DNA from: Longimicrobiales bacterium
GTDB taxonomy: Bacteria; Gemmatimonadota; Gemmatimonadetes; Longimicrobiales; Gaopeijiaceae
Reading direction: 5' to 3'
Length of the DNA: 64,000 bases
Assembly: GCA_965219445.1 (NCBI GenBank)
Contig: CBDCNQ010000005.1
Span: 928,001-992,000 of the forward strand
Part shown: one piece after another, positions 30,356-40,036 of the stretch
Layout: the number at the start of each line of letters is the position of its first letter
How positions within the stretch are numbered: position 1 is the stretch's first letter
Program-made: the position numbers and the translations under genes
The notes under the pieces: model-generated
What the model was told of the DNA's origin: nothing
The model's input: only the letters and a program-made list of their open reading frames with translations
Database searches by the model: none

Positions 30356-30809
30356 AGATTCTCGGAGGGACCCGCGCCTCGTCCGGATGCCGATTCCCTC
30401 GGACCATTCCCTTGGCGGGGTCTCCGGGCCGGCCCCCGGCTGGATTGAAACCCGTTGCGGATCAAATCCGTAGGATGCCGCCCTTCGGGTAACCGAAGCG
30501 TGGAAGGGTAGCACGACCAAACGATGCGAAACGCCGGAGGAGACGCGTAGTTCAGGTTGATCCACCCCACGGCGGAACTGATGCCCGTTTCCCCCGACAG
30601 GGGCGCTGGCGGGGATCAGTCGCCGCACCGGCTTCGTGGGTACATGGACGGCCCGGCATCGCGGGCCTCCATCCCGCCGCCGGCCGCGCTTCGCGAGGCC
30701 CGTTGAACGGGTTTCCCGGAGCGCTCGCGGGGGTGCTCCGCCACCGAATTGGCGGCGGCCGACGACGGCTCTCGGAGACGTCGGCGACGGGCTTGTCGGA
30801 CGCCGCTAA

Positions 30810-31026
30810 GGCGGGAGAGCCAGCCTACCCTTTGGGGCCACGCTTCGCGGGTCCCCGGCAGGGGCTGGCGGGGGGCTGTGCCCCCTCTGACCCTCCCAAC
30901 GGCAACGGCATATCATGGGCGCTGGACGCGACGTGTGGGTGAAGATCCGCGCCAGCGAGGCGGAGCGTGCCGAGTGGCACGCCAAGGCCCGCTCCGCAGG
31001 GTTAACGCTGTCGGATCTGGTGCGCC
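30810..31026 (+). pseudogene. mobC: oriT region and 5' fragment of mobC
   Basis: Near-identical reverse complement of ~54715-54927. Confidence 0.85.
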
Positions 31027-31145
31027 TTCGAGGCGCTGATCAGCCGAGCGACACCAGTTATGTACTGCATCTTATCCTGGGTTGTCTGGTACCCCACCTC
31101 GAGGGCAATCACCGCCCCGGTGTCAGCATGCAGATGTCCTTGGGT

Positions 31146-32042
31146 TCACCCCTCACAGTTCTCGTAGTCCGAGTCCATGCACGCACGGGCCAGTTCTGTT
31201 GCACGCACGATCTGGGTGGCGGTCATGTCGTCTTCGATTGTGTCCCTCAATTCCCTCGCGATTTCGGACCCATTGGCACCCGCAATGTTGGACCACACGT
31301 GCGCTAGCGTAGCGTCCTTGAGGACGCCTCTGCCGGTGGCGTACATGACCCCAAGGTTGAACTGCGCGCTGGCATTGCCCTGCTCGGCGGCCATCCGGTA
31401 CCAGCGCACCGCCTCGGCATGATCCTCCGGGACGCCCTCGCCGTTGTAGTACATGTACCCAAGGTTGAGCTGCGCGCTGGCATTGCCCTGCTCGGCGGCC
31501 ATCCGGTACCAGCGCACCGCCTCGGCATCATCCTCCGGGACGCCCTCGCCGTTGTAGTACATGTTCCCAAGGTAGAACTGCGCGTCAGCGCTGCCCTGCG
31601 CGGCAGCCATGCGGAGCCAGCGCACTGCCTCGGCATCATCCTGCGGGACGTTCTCGCCGTTGCCGTTGGCGTACATGACCCCAAGGATGACCTGCGCGCT
31701 GGCATTGCCCTGCGCGGCAGCCATGCGGTACCAGCGCACTGCCTCGGCATCATCCTCCGAGACGCCTTCACCGGCGGCGTACATGATCCCAAGGTAGTAC
31801 TGCGCATTCGCGTTGCCCTGCGCGGCAGCCATGCGGTACCAGCGCACTGCCTCGGCATCATCCTCTGAGACGCCTTCACCGGTGTAGTACACCATCCCAA
31901 GGTAGAACTGCGCGTCAGCGTCGCCCTGCTCGGCGGCTTGTCGGACACCGTCGAGGTTAGGAGCGTCCTGCGCCGGAAGCGGCGCGGTGTCGAGTGCGAC
32001 CGCCACGACCGCGGCGACGGGTATCAGGATCAGTCTGTTCAT
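31146..32042 (-). CDS. Secreted Sel1-like repeat protein (6 repeats)
   Basis: Signal peptide; AQxxLGxMYxxGEGVxxDDAEAVRWYRMAAxQG repeats; ~108-bp DNA period. Confidence 0.93.
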   Translation of the reverse strand: MNRLILIPVAAVVAVALDTAPLPAQDAPNLDGVRQAAEQGDADAQFYLGMVYYTGEGVSEDDAEAVRWYRMAAAQGNANAQYYLGIMYAAGEGVSEDDAEAVRWYRMAAAQGNASAQVILGVMYANGNGENVPQDDAEAVRWLRMAAAQGSADAQFYLGNMYYNGEGVPEDDAEAVRWYRMAAEQGNASAQLNLGYMYYNGEGVPEDHAEAVRWYRMAAEQGNASAQFNLGVMYATGRGVLKDATLAHVWSNIAGANGSEIARELRDTIEDDMTATQIVRATELARACMDSDYENCEG

Positions 32043-32315
32043 ATCGACTGCCTGTACTCAAAGCTTACGGTAGAGGTGCACTCGGTCGCGCTCCCGCCAC
32101 GGCCGCAAGCTCCGGATCGGCGTCGCCGCTCTGGCGGCCGTGGTGCAACCGCAAGGCCGCCAGCGACATGCGGAATCGGCGGCGCCCGAGCCATCGGGGG
32201 TACCCCGGCCTTGCTCGGTGATGCCCGGCTGCCAGACGGCCGGCTGGTCGGCGAACGGGTGACCCGCCGCCTCGAAGCGGCGCTCAAACCGCCTTCCCGC
32301 GAGGGATATTTCGAC

Positions 32316-32620
32316 GGGAGCGACCCCTGGAGGGCGGGGGCCAGCGTGTGAAAACACACCTGGCCCCGCGCCCGTACCAGGCCCTCGGCCTGGGGGGTCG
32401 CTCCCTTCCCGGTCGGTGCCGCCCGTGCGGCGCTGACCGCCCTGCTCGCGGAAGCGTAAGACACTGCCGCCTCTGCGGATATGCGGTGGGTCCGGTGTGA
32501 ATCGCCGGAGGGGAAAAGTGTGAATCGACCCTCCACGTCGTTTTCACACCCAGTCGTGGCATGACAGGCAGGCCGACCGTGGGAAGTGCGCCCCGGAGAG
32601 GCGCACTGGCTGGGGTTCCT
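32316..32620 (-). repeat. Conserved iteron/hairpin module, type A
   Basis: GGGAGCGACCCC 32316-32327 and GGGGTCGCTCCC 32394-32405; GTGTGAATCG at 32495 and 32518. Confidence 0.85.
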
Positions 32621-32906
32621 TCTTCGTCAGCTCGACGATGCGTTCGAGGTCGGCCTGAATACTCCCATACCCTTCGAGCACTCGGTCGTTCCTCTGAAGA
32701 CGTCGGCGTAGAGGTTGCCGACGGCGAGCCGACCGTCCTTGCCGCGCGGGACCGCCACGTAGGAGATCGGCTTGCCGAGCCGGGAGGGATCTCCATGCCT
32801 TTCTGAATCGCCACCGGGGCTATTTGTGCATCGACCTCCCAGGGTCCCTTGCACACTCCAGTCCTGGTGTGGCGCGTCAGCTTCTCAGCGAATTAGAACG
32901 GCAGGG

Positions 32907-34181
32907 TGACCTGACCCTCTGAAACGAGACCAGGTGCAATGTTAGGATCGACCTGGTCTGAAGCTTTTCAGCGAGGAGGTCAGGATGGGAAGGAAGCGAC
33001 ACACTCCGGAGCAGATCATCACTGCACTGCGGGAGGCAGAGGTCGGTCTGGCCCGCGGCAAATCCGTGAAGCTGATCAGCCGGGAGCTCGGCATCACCGA
33101 GCAGACGTACTACCGGTGGAGGCGGGAGTACGGCGGGATGAAGGTGAGCCAGGGGCACGGTGCCTGAAGGAGCTCGAGCGCGAGAACGGGCGCCTGAAGC
33201 GAGCAGTGGCGGACTTGACACTGGACAAGCTGATCCTGGAGGAAGCGGCCGAGGGAAACTTCTGAGCCCCGAGCGCCGACGACGTTGTGTGGTGCGTGTA
33301 CGTCAGCAGCTCGGGGCGTCGGAGAGGAGAGCGTGCCGGGTGCTCGGGCAGCCACGCACCACCTAGCGCCGGGCGAGGAAAGTGGCGAGTGACGAGGGGG
33401 CGCTCCGAGGTGATATCGTGCGACTCGCGAGTCGATTCGGCCGCTACGGCTACCGACGCGCGTCACGGACATGCTCCGCATCGAGGGCTGGGGGGTGAAC
33501 CACAAGCGGGTGGAGCGGATCTGGAGGCAGGAGGGGCTGAAGGTCCCGCAGCGGCAGCCGAAGCGAGGTCGGCTGTGGCTCAACGACGGATCGTGCATCC
33601 GGCTGAGGCCGCTGTATCGGGGCCACGTCTGGTCGTACGACTTCGTGGCCTCGAGGACGCACGACGGGCGTGCGCTGAAGCTGCTGACAGTGCTGGACGA
33701 GCACACGAGGGAGTGCCTGGCGATCGCGGTGGCTCGCAAGATCCGCTCGCACGACGTGCTCGAGGTGCTGGCCGATTTGTTCGTCCGACACGGGCCTCCC
33801 GAGTATCTGAGGTCGGACAACGGACCGGAGTTCACCGCGAAGCTCGTGCGGCGGTGGTTGGGGCGCGTGGGCGTCGAGATGCTCTTTATCGAGCCGGGCA
33901 GCCCGTGGGAGAACGGCTACAACGAGAGCTTCAACGGCAAGCTCAGGGACGAGCTGTTGAACGGGGAGATCTTCTACTCGTTGGAGGAGGCGAAAGTGCT
34001 CATCGAACAGTGGCGGCGGGAGTACAACACCATCCGACCCCACAGCGCCTGCGGCGGCTTTCCCCCGGCCCCTGAGGCGATTAAGCCGTCGCCCTGGTTC
34101 CTGAGGATGCCCGTCCTTCACGGCCCTCCACAGGTGCTGGGACTAACATATGGATGTGGTACCGCTCTTGGGGGCAGGTCA
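32907..34181 (+). mobile_element. IS3-family element, degenerate
   Basis: IRs TGACCTG.CC/GGGCAGGTCA; OrfA MGRKRHTPEQII; GGGAAAC shift site; Orf[26 protein letters not shown]; frameshifts and stop; no clean TSD. Confidence 0.88.
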
Positions 34182-34464
34182 CGGGGGTGTACGCGACAGC
34201 GTAAGATTATCCTTGGACGGTGGCCCACTGAGGCCGATGCGCTATGTGGTGCGAACCGACCCCTTCATGGAAAAAGCCTACAGGCAGCTTGCTGATACTC
34301 GTGACGCCTTTCCAGCGCCAACAACCTCAGCACACATCTGGGAATTTGACTTGCCGGAAAACCTCGAACCTGGAATCCATAGTGTGGTGGCTGAAAGCGA
34401 GGATGAATTTGAGCAGCAACAAAGCGGTGTTCTTTCGTTTGAGGTCACTGAAGTGGCACGGTGA
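34182..34464 (+). pseudogene. 3' fragment resembling a metallophosphoesterase C-terminal domain
   Basis: SAHIWEFDLPENLEPGIHSVVAESEDEF; truncated by IS3. Confidence 0.45.
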
Positions 34465-34552
34465 CTGAGGGTAGATTTCCGTTGCGCTTTCCGCCTAGGA
34501 AGCGATCTTATCCTATGGAAACATATGCTTTCACGGGACTTAGATAGGAGAA

Positions 34553-35065
34553 ATGTCGATGCGCCGTCTGCTTCTGACCCTTTCGGTGGTGGTCACCTGT
34601 GTCGCGCTCGCGCAGCCGGTCGACGCCCAGTTCAAATTCGGGATCCAGGGCGCCGCCATCACCAGCCTGGATGACACGTTCCTGGAGGGGTCGATTGGCG
34701 CCGGAGCCCGGCTCATGCTCGATCCGCCGCTCTTCCCGCTCGCGCTGGTGGGCTCGGGGGTCTACTACTTCCCGGACTGCGGCGCTACTGACTGTAGCGA
34801 CTGGACCGCGTCCATCGCCGCCCAGATCCGTCTGCCGACGCCGGTCATCAGCCCGTACGTGCTGGGCGGATGGCAGATCCGGCGGTCTAAGACAGTCGGC
34901 ATTAGCAGCGATGAGAGCGGGGTCCTAGTCGGCATCGGTGTCCAGGTGAACTTCGCCCTATCTCTGTTCCTCGAGGGCACGATGGAGTTCCGCGACGAAA
35001 TCACGGGTGCGCCGGATTTCGACACCGACCCGATCGTGATCAAGGGCGGGATTCTGATCGGCTGA
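34553..35065 (+). CDS. Small outer-membrane beta-barrel protein
   Basis: AGGAG RBS, signal peptide (VDA-Q), alternating beta strands, SPYVLGG. Confidence 0.75.
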   Translation: MSMRRLLLTLSVVVTCVALAQPVDAQFKFGIQGAAITSLDDTFLEGSIGAGARLMLDPPLFPLALVGSGVYYFPDCGATDCSDWTASIAAQIRLPTPVISPYVLGGWQIRRSKTVGISSDESGVLVGIGVQVNFALSLFLEGTMEFRDEITGAPDFDTDPIVIKGGILIG

Positions 35066-35596
35066 TCTCGATGTAGCACGACGTTGGCCCACCGCCGGGT
35101 GGGCGACGCGGAGGGCGGCAAGTACCTCGACGATGAGCACCCCCTTGCTCACTGACCATTATCCCCCAAGCTACGATTGATTGGAGCCCGAAATTCCTTG
35201 CTTCTCCCGTCGACCCATATGAACGTTCATCGTGCACGTGTTCGAAGGTATGAGCGCGCACGCCGGGCTTGTTTGAAACGGATTTGACCTGAGACGAAAA
35301 CCATCTGAACAGTTCATAATGAGACAGGGCAGGGGCCATCGACAACCGCCCTCCGGCAAGCTTCGCTCCTTCGCCGTTTGCCGCAGCTTCCCAATCTTCT
35401 TCATCTTCTCGGCACGAGCCGCCGTGTCCGTGCCGGTCAGTGCGCGATGGCGGCCCGGTAGGCGGCGGGGTCATCGCACCGGTCACGCCGTCGAGAGTGA
35501 GCCGGATACTCTACGGAGCAATGGACCCTTCGGCCCCTCGCTTTGGGACTTAGGCTGATCGCTCGAACTTGTCCGCGGTCGCCTGCGGCCCCGCAG

Positions 35597-35718
35597 AAAC
35601 CCAACGGGTAACACGACTTACGACCTTCGGACACACCATGTGATACACGTCTCTCACAAGGTGTTGCCAAGTCTTTGTCCCATAGAGACTTGCGAAGACT
35701 GATCCCGGCTTCCCGCTC
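35597..35718 (+). repeat. attR-like end, homologous to 63341..63462
   Basis: Ungapped 122-bp alignment sharing CGACTTACGAC, TTCGGACACACCATGTGATACACG, GCCAAGTC, ACTGATCCC and GCTTCCCGCTC. Confidence 0.9.
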
Positions 35719-36177
35719 AAGCTGCCGGTCGCACTGGACTCGGGCCGTGCAGTGTTCGTCTACGTCGATCCCGGACACGATACCACGACCGCGCTACGCT
35801 CCTGGGCCGTGGCACATCGCGGCCTCTGGGAAGCGCTGCGGGAGCGCGGCCGATCCATCGAGGTCGTGGCCGTCGTCCGCACCGTGAGGGAGCTGCAGCG
35901 GGCCCTGACGATCCTCGAGAGCTGGACCAACACATCTACAGCATCCTGCGCCTCCGCTGTTCCGGAACCCGACAGTGCGGCCCGCCGCGAGATCGTCCGA
36001 ATCGAGCAGGCCATCCGCGCCAAGGATGAGCGGGTGCTCAAAGAGTATGGCGACCTGCAGGCCTGCCTCAAGCGGATCGTCGAGCTGAACGACCTCCACC
36101 GATCCTCGAGTCCAGGAACGTTGATCCACGGCTTCGCGACATGGCGCTCGAGACGGCTCCCTGGAGGCGGATTTTGA
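35710..36177 (+). pseudogene. C-terminal half of split wHTH protein
   Basis: FPLKLPVALDSGRAVFVYVDPG..., in frame with 22730..23209 once the element is removed. Confidence 0.85.
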
Positions 36178-36211
36178 ACGCGGATCGGCGAGGGCCGGTG
36201 CTGATCGGCGG

Positions 36212-36447
36212 GTGCACATCAGACAACGGGGTGCATGTGCACCGAAACGCCATTTTCATGTGCGCGCCAGCGCTCCCTTATGTGCCTGGCTGTCTTACAG
36301 TTGCGGCACGGCCGCCGGAGCTGCGACGCCGCTCCGGAGCTTTCGGCCGAAGAAGGGAGCGACCCCCCCTTTCGGGATGCCTCGATCGGCATCGGGGAGG
36401 GCTGGCATGTGCACACCCATGCCACCCTCCCACGGGGGGTCGCTCCC
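36212..36447 (+). repeat. Conserved iteron/hairpin module, type B
   Basis: GTGCACAT 36212, CATGTGCAC 36234, CATGTGCGC 36257; hairpin 36355-36447 with CATGTGCAC at 36406. Confidence 0.85.
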
Positions 36448-36511
36448 ATCCATGGATCCCTACGGGAAGGTTGTCAGCGCGATGATGAGGCTGGCGACGC
36501 TCGTCCTCGTG

Positions 36512-36645
36512 GATCATCCCCGCGAGGTCATAGAGGCGGCACTCGCACAGGTGGTCCGGAACGGTCGAGGCGGCCTACAGGTGAACGGACCTGTTCGAGC
36601 GTCGGCGCCGGCTCATGAACGACTGGACCGCCTACGTGAGTAGGG
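36512..36645 (+). pseudogene. P4-like integrase C-terminal remnant
   Basis: HPREVIEAALAQVVRN...EAAY...DLFERRRRLMNDWTAY across a frameshift. Confidence 0.7.
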
Positions 36646-36944
36646 AGCCTACGGCAGATCACTGATCGTTCCGATCCGACAATGCAGCCGAAGCGTCTCT
36701 CTGAACCGCCCCGCATCGGCTAACCCGAATCAGGTTGGAAGAGAGTCCAAGTTCAGCGGCAGGCGTAATCCAGGCCATGGCTTCGCGCATGAGTGGGACG
36801 GCCTGCACGTGGATGGACTGTACCACCGTAGCAGCTATGATCTCGTCGAGAGCTTACTGAGGGATCTCATTCGTAAAGCACGCGAGTGGGCAGACCGTCA
36901 TTTAGCGTTAACCGCCAAATGGCGAAGGGTCTGGCGCGGTTGCT

Positions 36945-37180
36945 CCTGGCCGCCTGCGGCCGCTCGGCCTCCTCGCGATGCCGGACTTGGACCGCCGTTG
37001 CCCTCGACCGAGTGGAACGGCCTGCCTTCTTCCCGCGATTCAGCGACAGCCGAGGCAGAGCGGGGGGCGTTACACGAAGGGAATGGATCCCATCCTGCCG
37101 CTCGCCCTGCGGTTCGCGCAAACGGCCGCGAGCTACGAATGGTTCGACTGGCCGTCTCTGCCCGATCTGTTCCCGAGCGA
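36945..37180 (+). pseudogene. Internally deleted remnant of a third ISP-like R-M gene
   Basis: PGRLRPLGL, WTAVALDRVERPAFFPRF and PILPLALRF...[12 protein letters not shown] match two distant parts of the intact copies. Confidence 0.75.
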
Positions 37181-37255
37181 CCACTATCTCGATAGACTCA
37201 TTTCCGGCTCTAGCTGTGGGGAGTACTCTAGGAACGTCGGGCACTTGGCAAAGGA

Positions 37256-38083
37256 GTGATCGTGCCAGAACCATTAACAATGATTTCCTTGGGAGCCGCC
37301 ATTGGTGGAGGGGCTGGCAAGTTCGTTGAAAAGGCCTGGGATTCTGGAGAGAAATGGGTAGTGTCTCATTTTGCAAATCACCAAGAAACAGCCAAAGCTA
37401 AGGCCATAGAAAACTCGACAGATTTCCTAAGAATGCTTGGCAAGCGTGTAACTGACTTGGAAACAAATAATCAGGTATCTGAAGAGTTCTTGTCCACCGC
37501 TCAAGAACATCCCGATTTCTCTGTTGTTTTGCAAAAGGCGATACTAAGTGCCGCTCAAACCGAAAGTCAGAGTAAGCACGACCTATTGTCGCGTCTAGTG
37601 GCAGAACGTATTCAGGCTACACCTGAATCGTTAGTATCGATGGCGAGTAAGATGGCTTGTGACGTTATTGCTTACACCACACCAAATCAACTATTAATAC
37701 TAGGATTGCTTGCAAATGTCTTATATGTTGTGCCAAGCGAATCAATGGATGAAAGCCGAAAGATTCAATGGATCCAAACCAGACTATCTAGTTTCATTGA
37801 CGTAAATCTCAGCAACATAGATTATACACATTTGGAGTCCCTATCTTGTATGAAGGTCACATCAATTATATCTCGAGATCTATCCACGATTCTTAAGAGC
37901 AAATTTGGGGGTGCGTTTGATTTTGATAATCTTAAATCAACACCACTAGGGGAAAAACTTACACGTATATGGCAGGAGGATCGCCTTAAAACGTGTGAAC
38001 TCACAACGGTAGGGCAGATGCTCGGCGTAATGGTCAGTGATCAACAGTTGGATGGAAAAACGAGTTTCTCAGAATGGGGTTAG
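37256..38083 (+). CDS. Low-GC hypothetical protein (LPO_1073/Vpar_1526- or Abi-alpha-like)
   Basis: AAGGAG RBS; AT-rich 275-aa ORF; HPDFSVVLQKAILSAAQT...LLSRLVAERI. Confidence 0.65.
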   Translation: MIVPEPLTMISLGAAIGGGAGKFVEKAWDSGEKWVVSHFANHQETAKAKAIENSTDFLRMLGKRVTDLETNNQVSEEFLSTAQEHPDFSVVLQKAILSAAQTESQSKHDLLSRLVAERIQATPESLVSMASKMACDVIAYTTPNQLLILGLLANVLYVVPSESMDESRKIQWIQTRLSSFIDVNLSNIDYTHLESLSCMKVTSIISRDLSTILKSKFGGAFDFDNLKSTPLGEKLTRIWQEDRLKTCELTTVGQMLGVMVSDQQLDGKTSFSEWG

Positions 38084-38209
38084 TGATTTGGCCTCGGTTA
38101 CTCGGACCAGATAAAGGGGTTTCAAGATAGGTCAATGGACCCTTCGGATCTGACTACGCATGCGCATCCGCTTCCTTACCAATCTACTGTCCAGGAAAAT
38201 CAGGGGCGC

Positions 38210-38695
38210 TAAAGCGTAACGGTCAGGCGCGAGCCCCGCCCAGGCCGTCTGTTCAAAGGCATCCAGAACCGCGCCGATCTGCGCGTCGGTCGGAGTGTCG
38301 TCCGGTGCCCAGGCAATCACGCCCGACGTGTACTTGTGCTCGAACTCCAGCGAGTCGGCGACGGCGGCCACCCGATGGGGATCCCCCCGGAGAACCGCCA
38401 CGCCCGCGCGCGGCTGCCCCGTCGTGTCGCGCGCCCCGAGGAGGTAGTCGACCACCGCCCGGGCCGAGCCCCTGCCGCGCGGCAAGCACTCAATGTGCAT
38501 CGCCCCGTCTCCGTCGAAGCGGGCGACGGCGAGTAGCGACCGCTCGAACGACACGAGATTGGCGATCACTGCGACGGCCTCGGCCTCCGTCTTGTGGGTG
38601 TTCGCCCAGCGCGCGAGCTGGTTCAGGTTGTTGCCGATGCGCGCGATCTCGCGGATACGCTCGCGCTCGATGGCCAGTGCCGGCGCGGCAAGCCG
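38210..38695 (-). pseudogene. mobC 3' + relaxase 5' remnant
   Basis: IARIGNNLNQLARWAN, then MHIECLPRGRGSA...HKYTSGVIAW, homologous to 54210-54660. Confidence 0.8.
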
Positions 38696-38765
38696 GGGGT
38701 TCGAAGGGGAGCGCAGCATCCCCTCGCCAGAGCGCAATGTTCAACATTGCGTGGGCTGGCTTACG
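38695..38765. other. ColE1-like oriT candidate
   Basis: CGCAATGT/ACATTGCG IR followed by CTGGCTTA (38756-38763) on the strand opposite the mob genes. Confidence 0.6.
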
Positions 38766-38799
38766 CTCATTAAGTGCGCCAGACAGCCCCCGGCGCGGC

Positions 38800-39130
38800 C
38801 CGCGCAGCGAGACGCCCATCTGGAACGACCAGAACCGGACGCTGCCCGTCCGGGTGTCGGATCCGACCTGATAGGTGACGGACCCGCTCGCATGATGAGA
38901 GATCGCTGCGTCGAGCCCGAGGCGCGGCGTCACGTCCATGGACATTCCGGTGCCCAAGCCCGGCGAAGAATGCCCAGCTGTCGAACCGCGCCACGCGTGC
39001 GAACCCCGTAAGGCAGGGCTGGACAGGTCCGGTCAGAGGCATAGGGAGCGGCCTCAAGGCCCAGATCGGCATCGACGCTTCGGAGACCGCTGCGCAACCA
39101 CAAGGCGGCCAGTGACATACGCCAACGACG
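38800..39130 (-). pseudogene. Outer-membrane beta-barrel gene remnant
   Basis: WAFFAGLG / GTGMSMDVTPRLGLDAAISHH...FWSFQMGVSLR in shifted frames. Confidence 0.35.
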
Positions 39131-39622
39131 GTGTACACATCAGAAGGCCAGTCTTAGTGCACATCGACCCCGACGTCACATGTGCATCTCTGGATCGGCA
39201 TCGGCCGCGTCGAAAACCTCGCGGGTCCGCAAAGCGCGTGTTGGCTCAGACATCTAGACCTCCCCGGCCACTTTGCGGGTGGCCTCTTCGAGGATGTCAG
39301 TCAGCGCTCGCAACCCACCGTCGATCAATTGGCGGTCGGTGACACGGGGTTCCGATGACTCCCCGCGGAGGGCGTCGTAGCGGGCGCCGACGAGGCAGGC
39401 GAGGAGAAATGCGATACCTTAGCGCCCGTGGACCGCGAACACCTTCTTGTCCATGCGGATGCTGCCGTCGAGGTCGATCAGGTAAGTTTAGCTTGCGGGT
39501 CGCCATCAGGGCCTCGATGGCCGCTCGGGCGTTTTCGAGCGACCTCGTGGAAACTCGAATCATCTTGCTCGCGTCGGGCATTGGCCTTGCTCCGGGTCCA
39601 GGGTTGTGCGCGCTGATCTCTT

Positions 39623-39967
39623 GTGCGCCTCGGTCTATCCGATATCCTCGTCGTGGCGCCGTACAAAGCTCAGGTAAGCGCGCTGGCCGAGGCGTTACCC
39701 GAAGGCACCCGTGTCGGCACGGTCGACAAGTTCCAGGGGCAGCAGGCGCCGGTGGTGATCTATTCGATGACGAGTTCCAGTGCGGAGGACGCGCCTCGCG
39801 GGATGGACTCTCTCTACAGTGCGAACCGGCTAAATGTGGCGACCTCGAGGGCGATGTGCCTGGTGGTGGTGGTGGGTAGCGCGGACTTGTTCGCGCCAGA
39901 GTGTAAGTCGGCGAAGCAGATGCGGTTGGCGAACGCGTTTTGTCGGTTGAAGGAGATGGTGCTTTAA
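39623..39967 (+). pseudogene. SF1 (DNA2/NAM7-like) helicase C-terminal fragment
   Basis: VAPYKAQV, GTVDKFQGQ, NRLNVATSRA. Confidence 0.8.
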
Positions 39968-40036
39968 GTGGGCGTATTCGTCCCTATTGCGGATTCCTGA
40001 ACTTCACTAAATCGATCTCCCAAGATTGGAGTTTCC

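Larger units (their letters stand above)
23197..35721 (+). mobile_element. 12.5-kb integrative (mobilizable) element with P4-type integrase
   Basis: 13-bp direct repeat CTTCCCGCTCAAG at 23197-23209 and 35709-35721; integrase next to left end; GTGATACA and ACACACCA motifs near both ends. Confidence 0.88.

Noticed and set aside
31320..31935. ~108-bp tandem repeats as a CRISPR array
   Set aside because: In-frame Sel1 coding repeats with no unique spacers and no cas genes.
35519..38147. 15-bp exact repeat CAATGGACCCTTCGG at 35519 and 38133
   Set aside because: A few such matches are expected by chance in 64 kb, and flanks show no homology.
38771..38780. TAAGTGCGCC as a MOB_Q nic site
   Set aside because: No MOB_Q relaxase or matching upstream IR, and absent from the homologous oriT copies.
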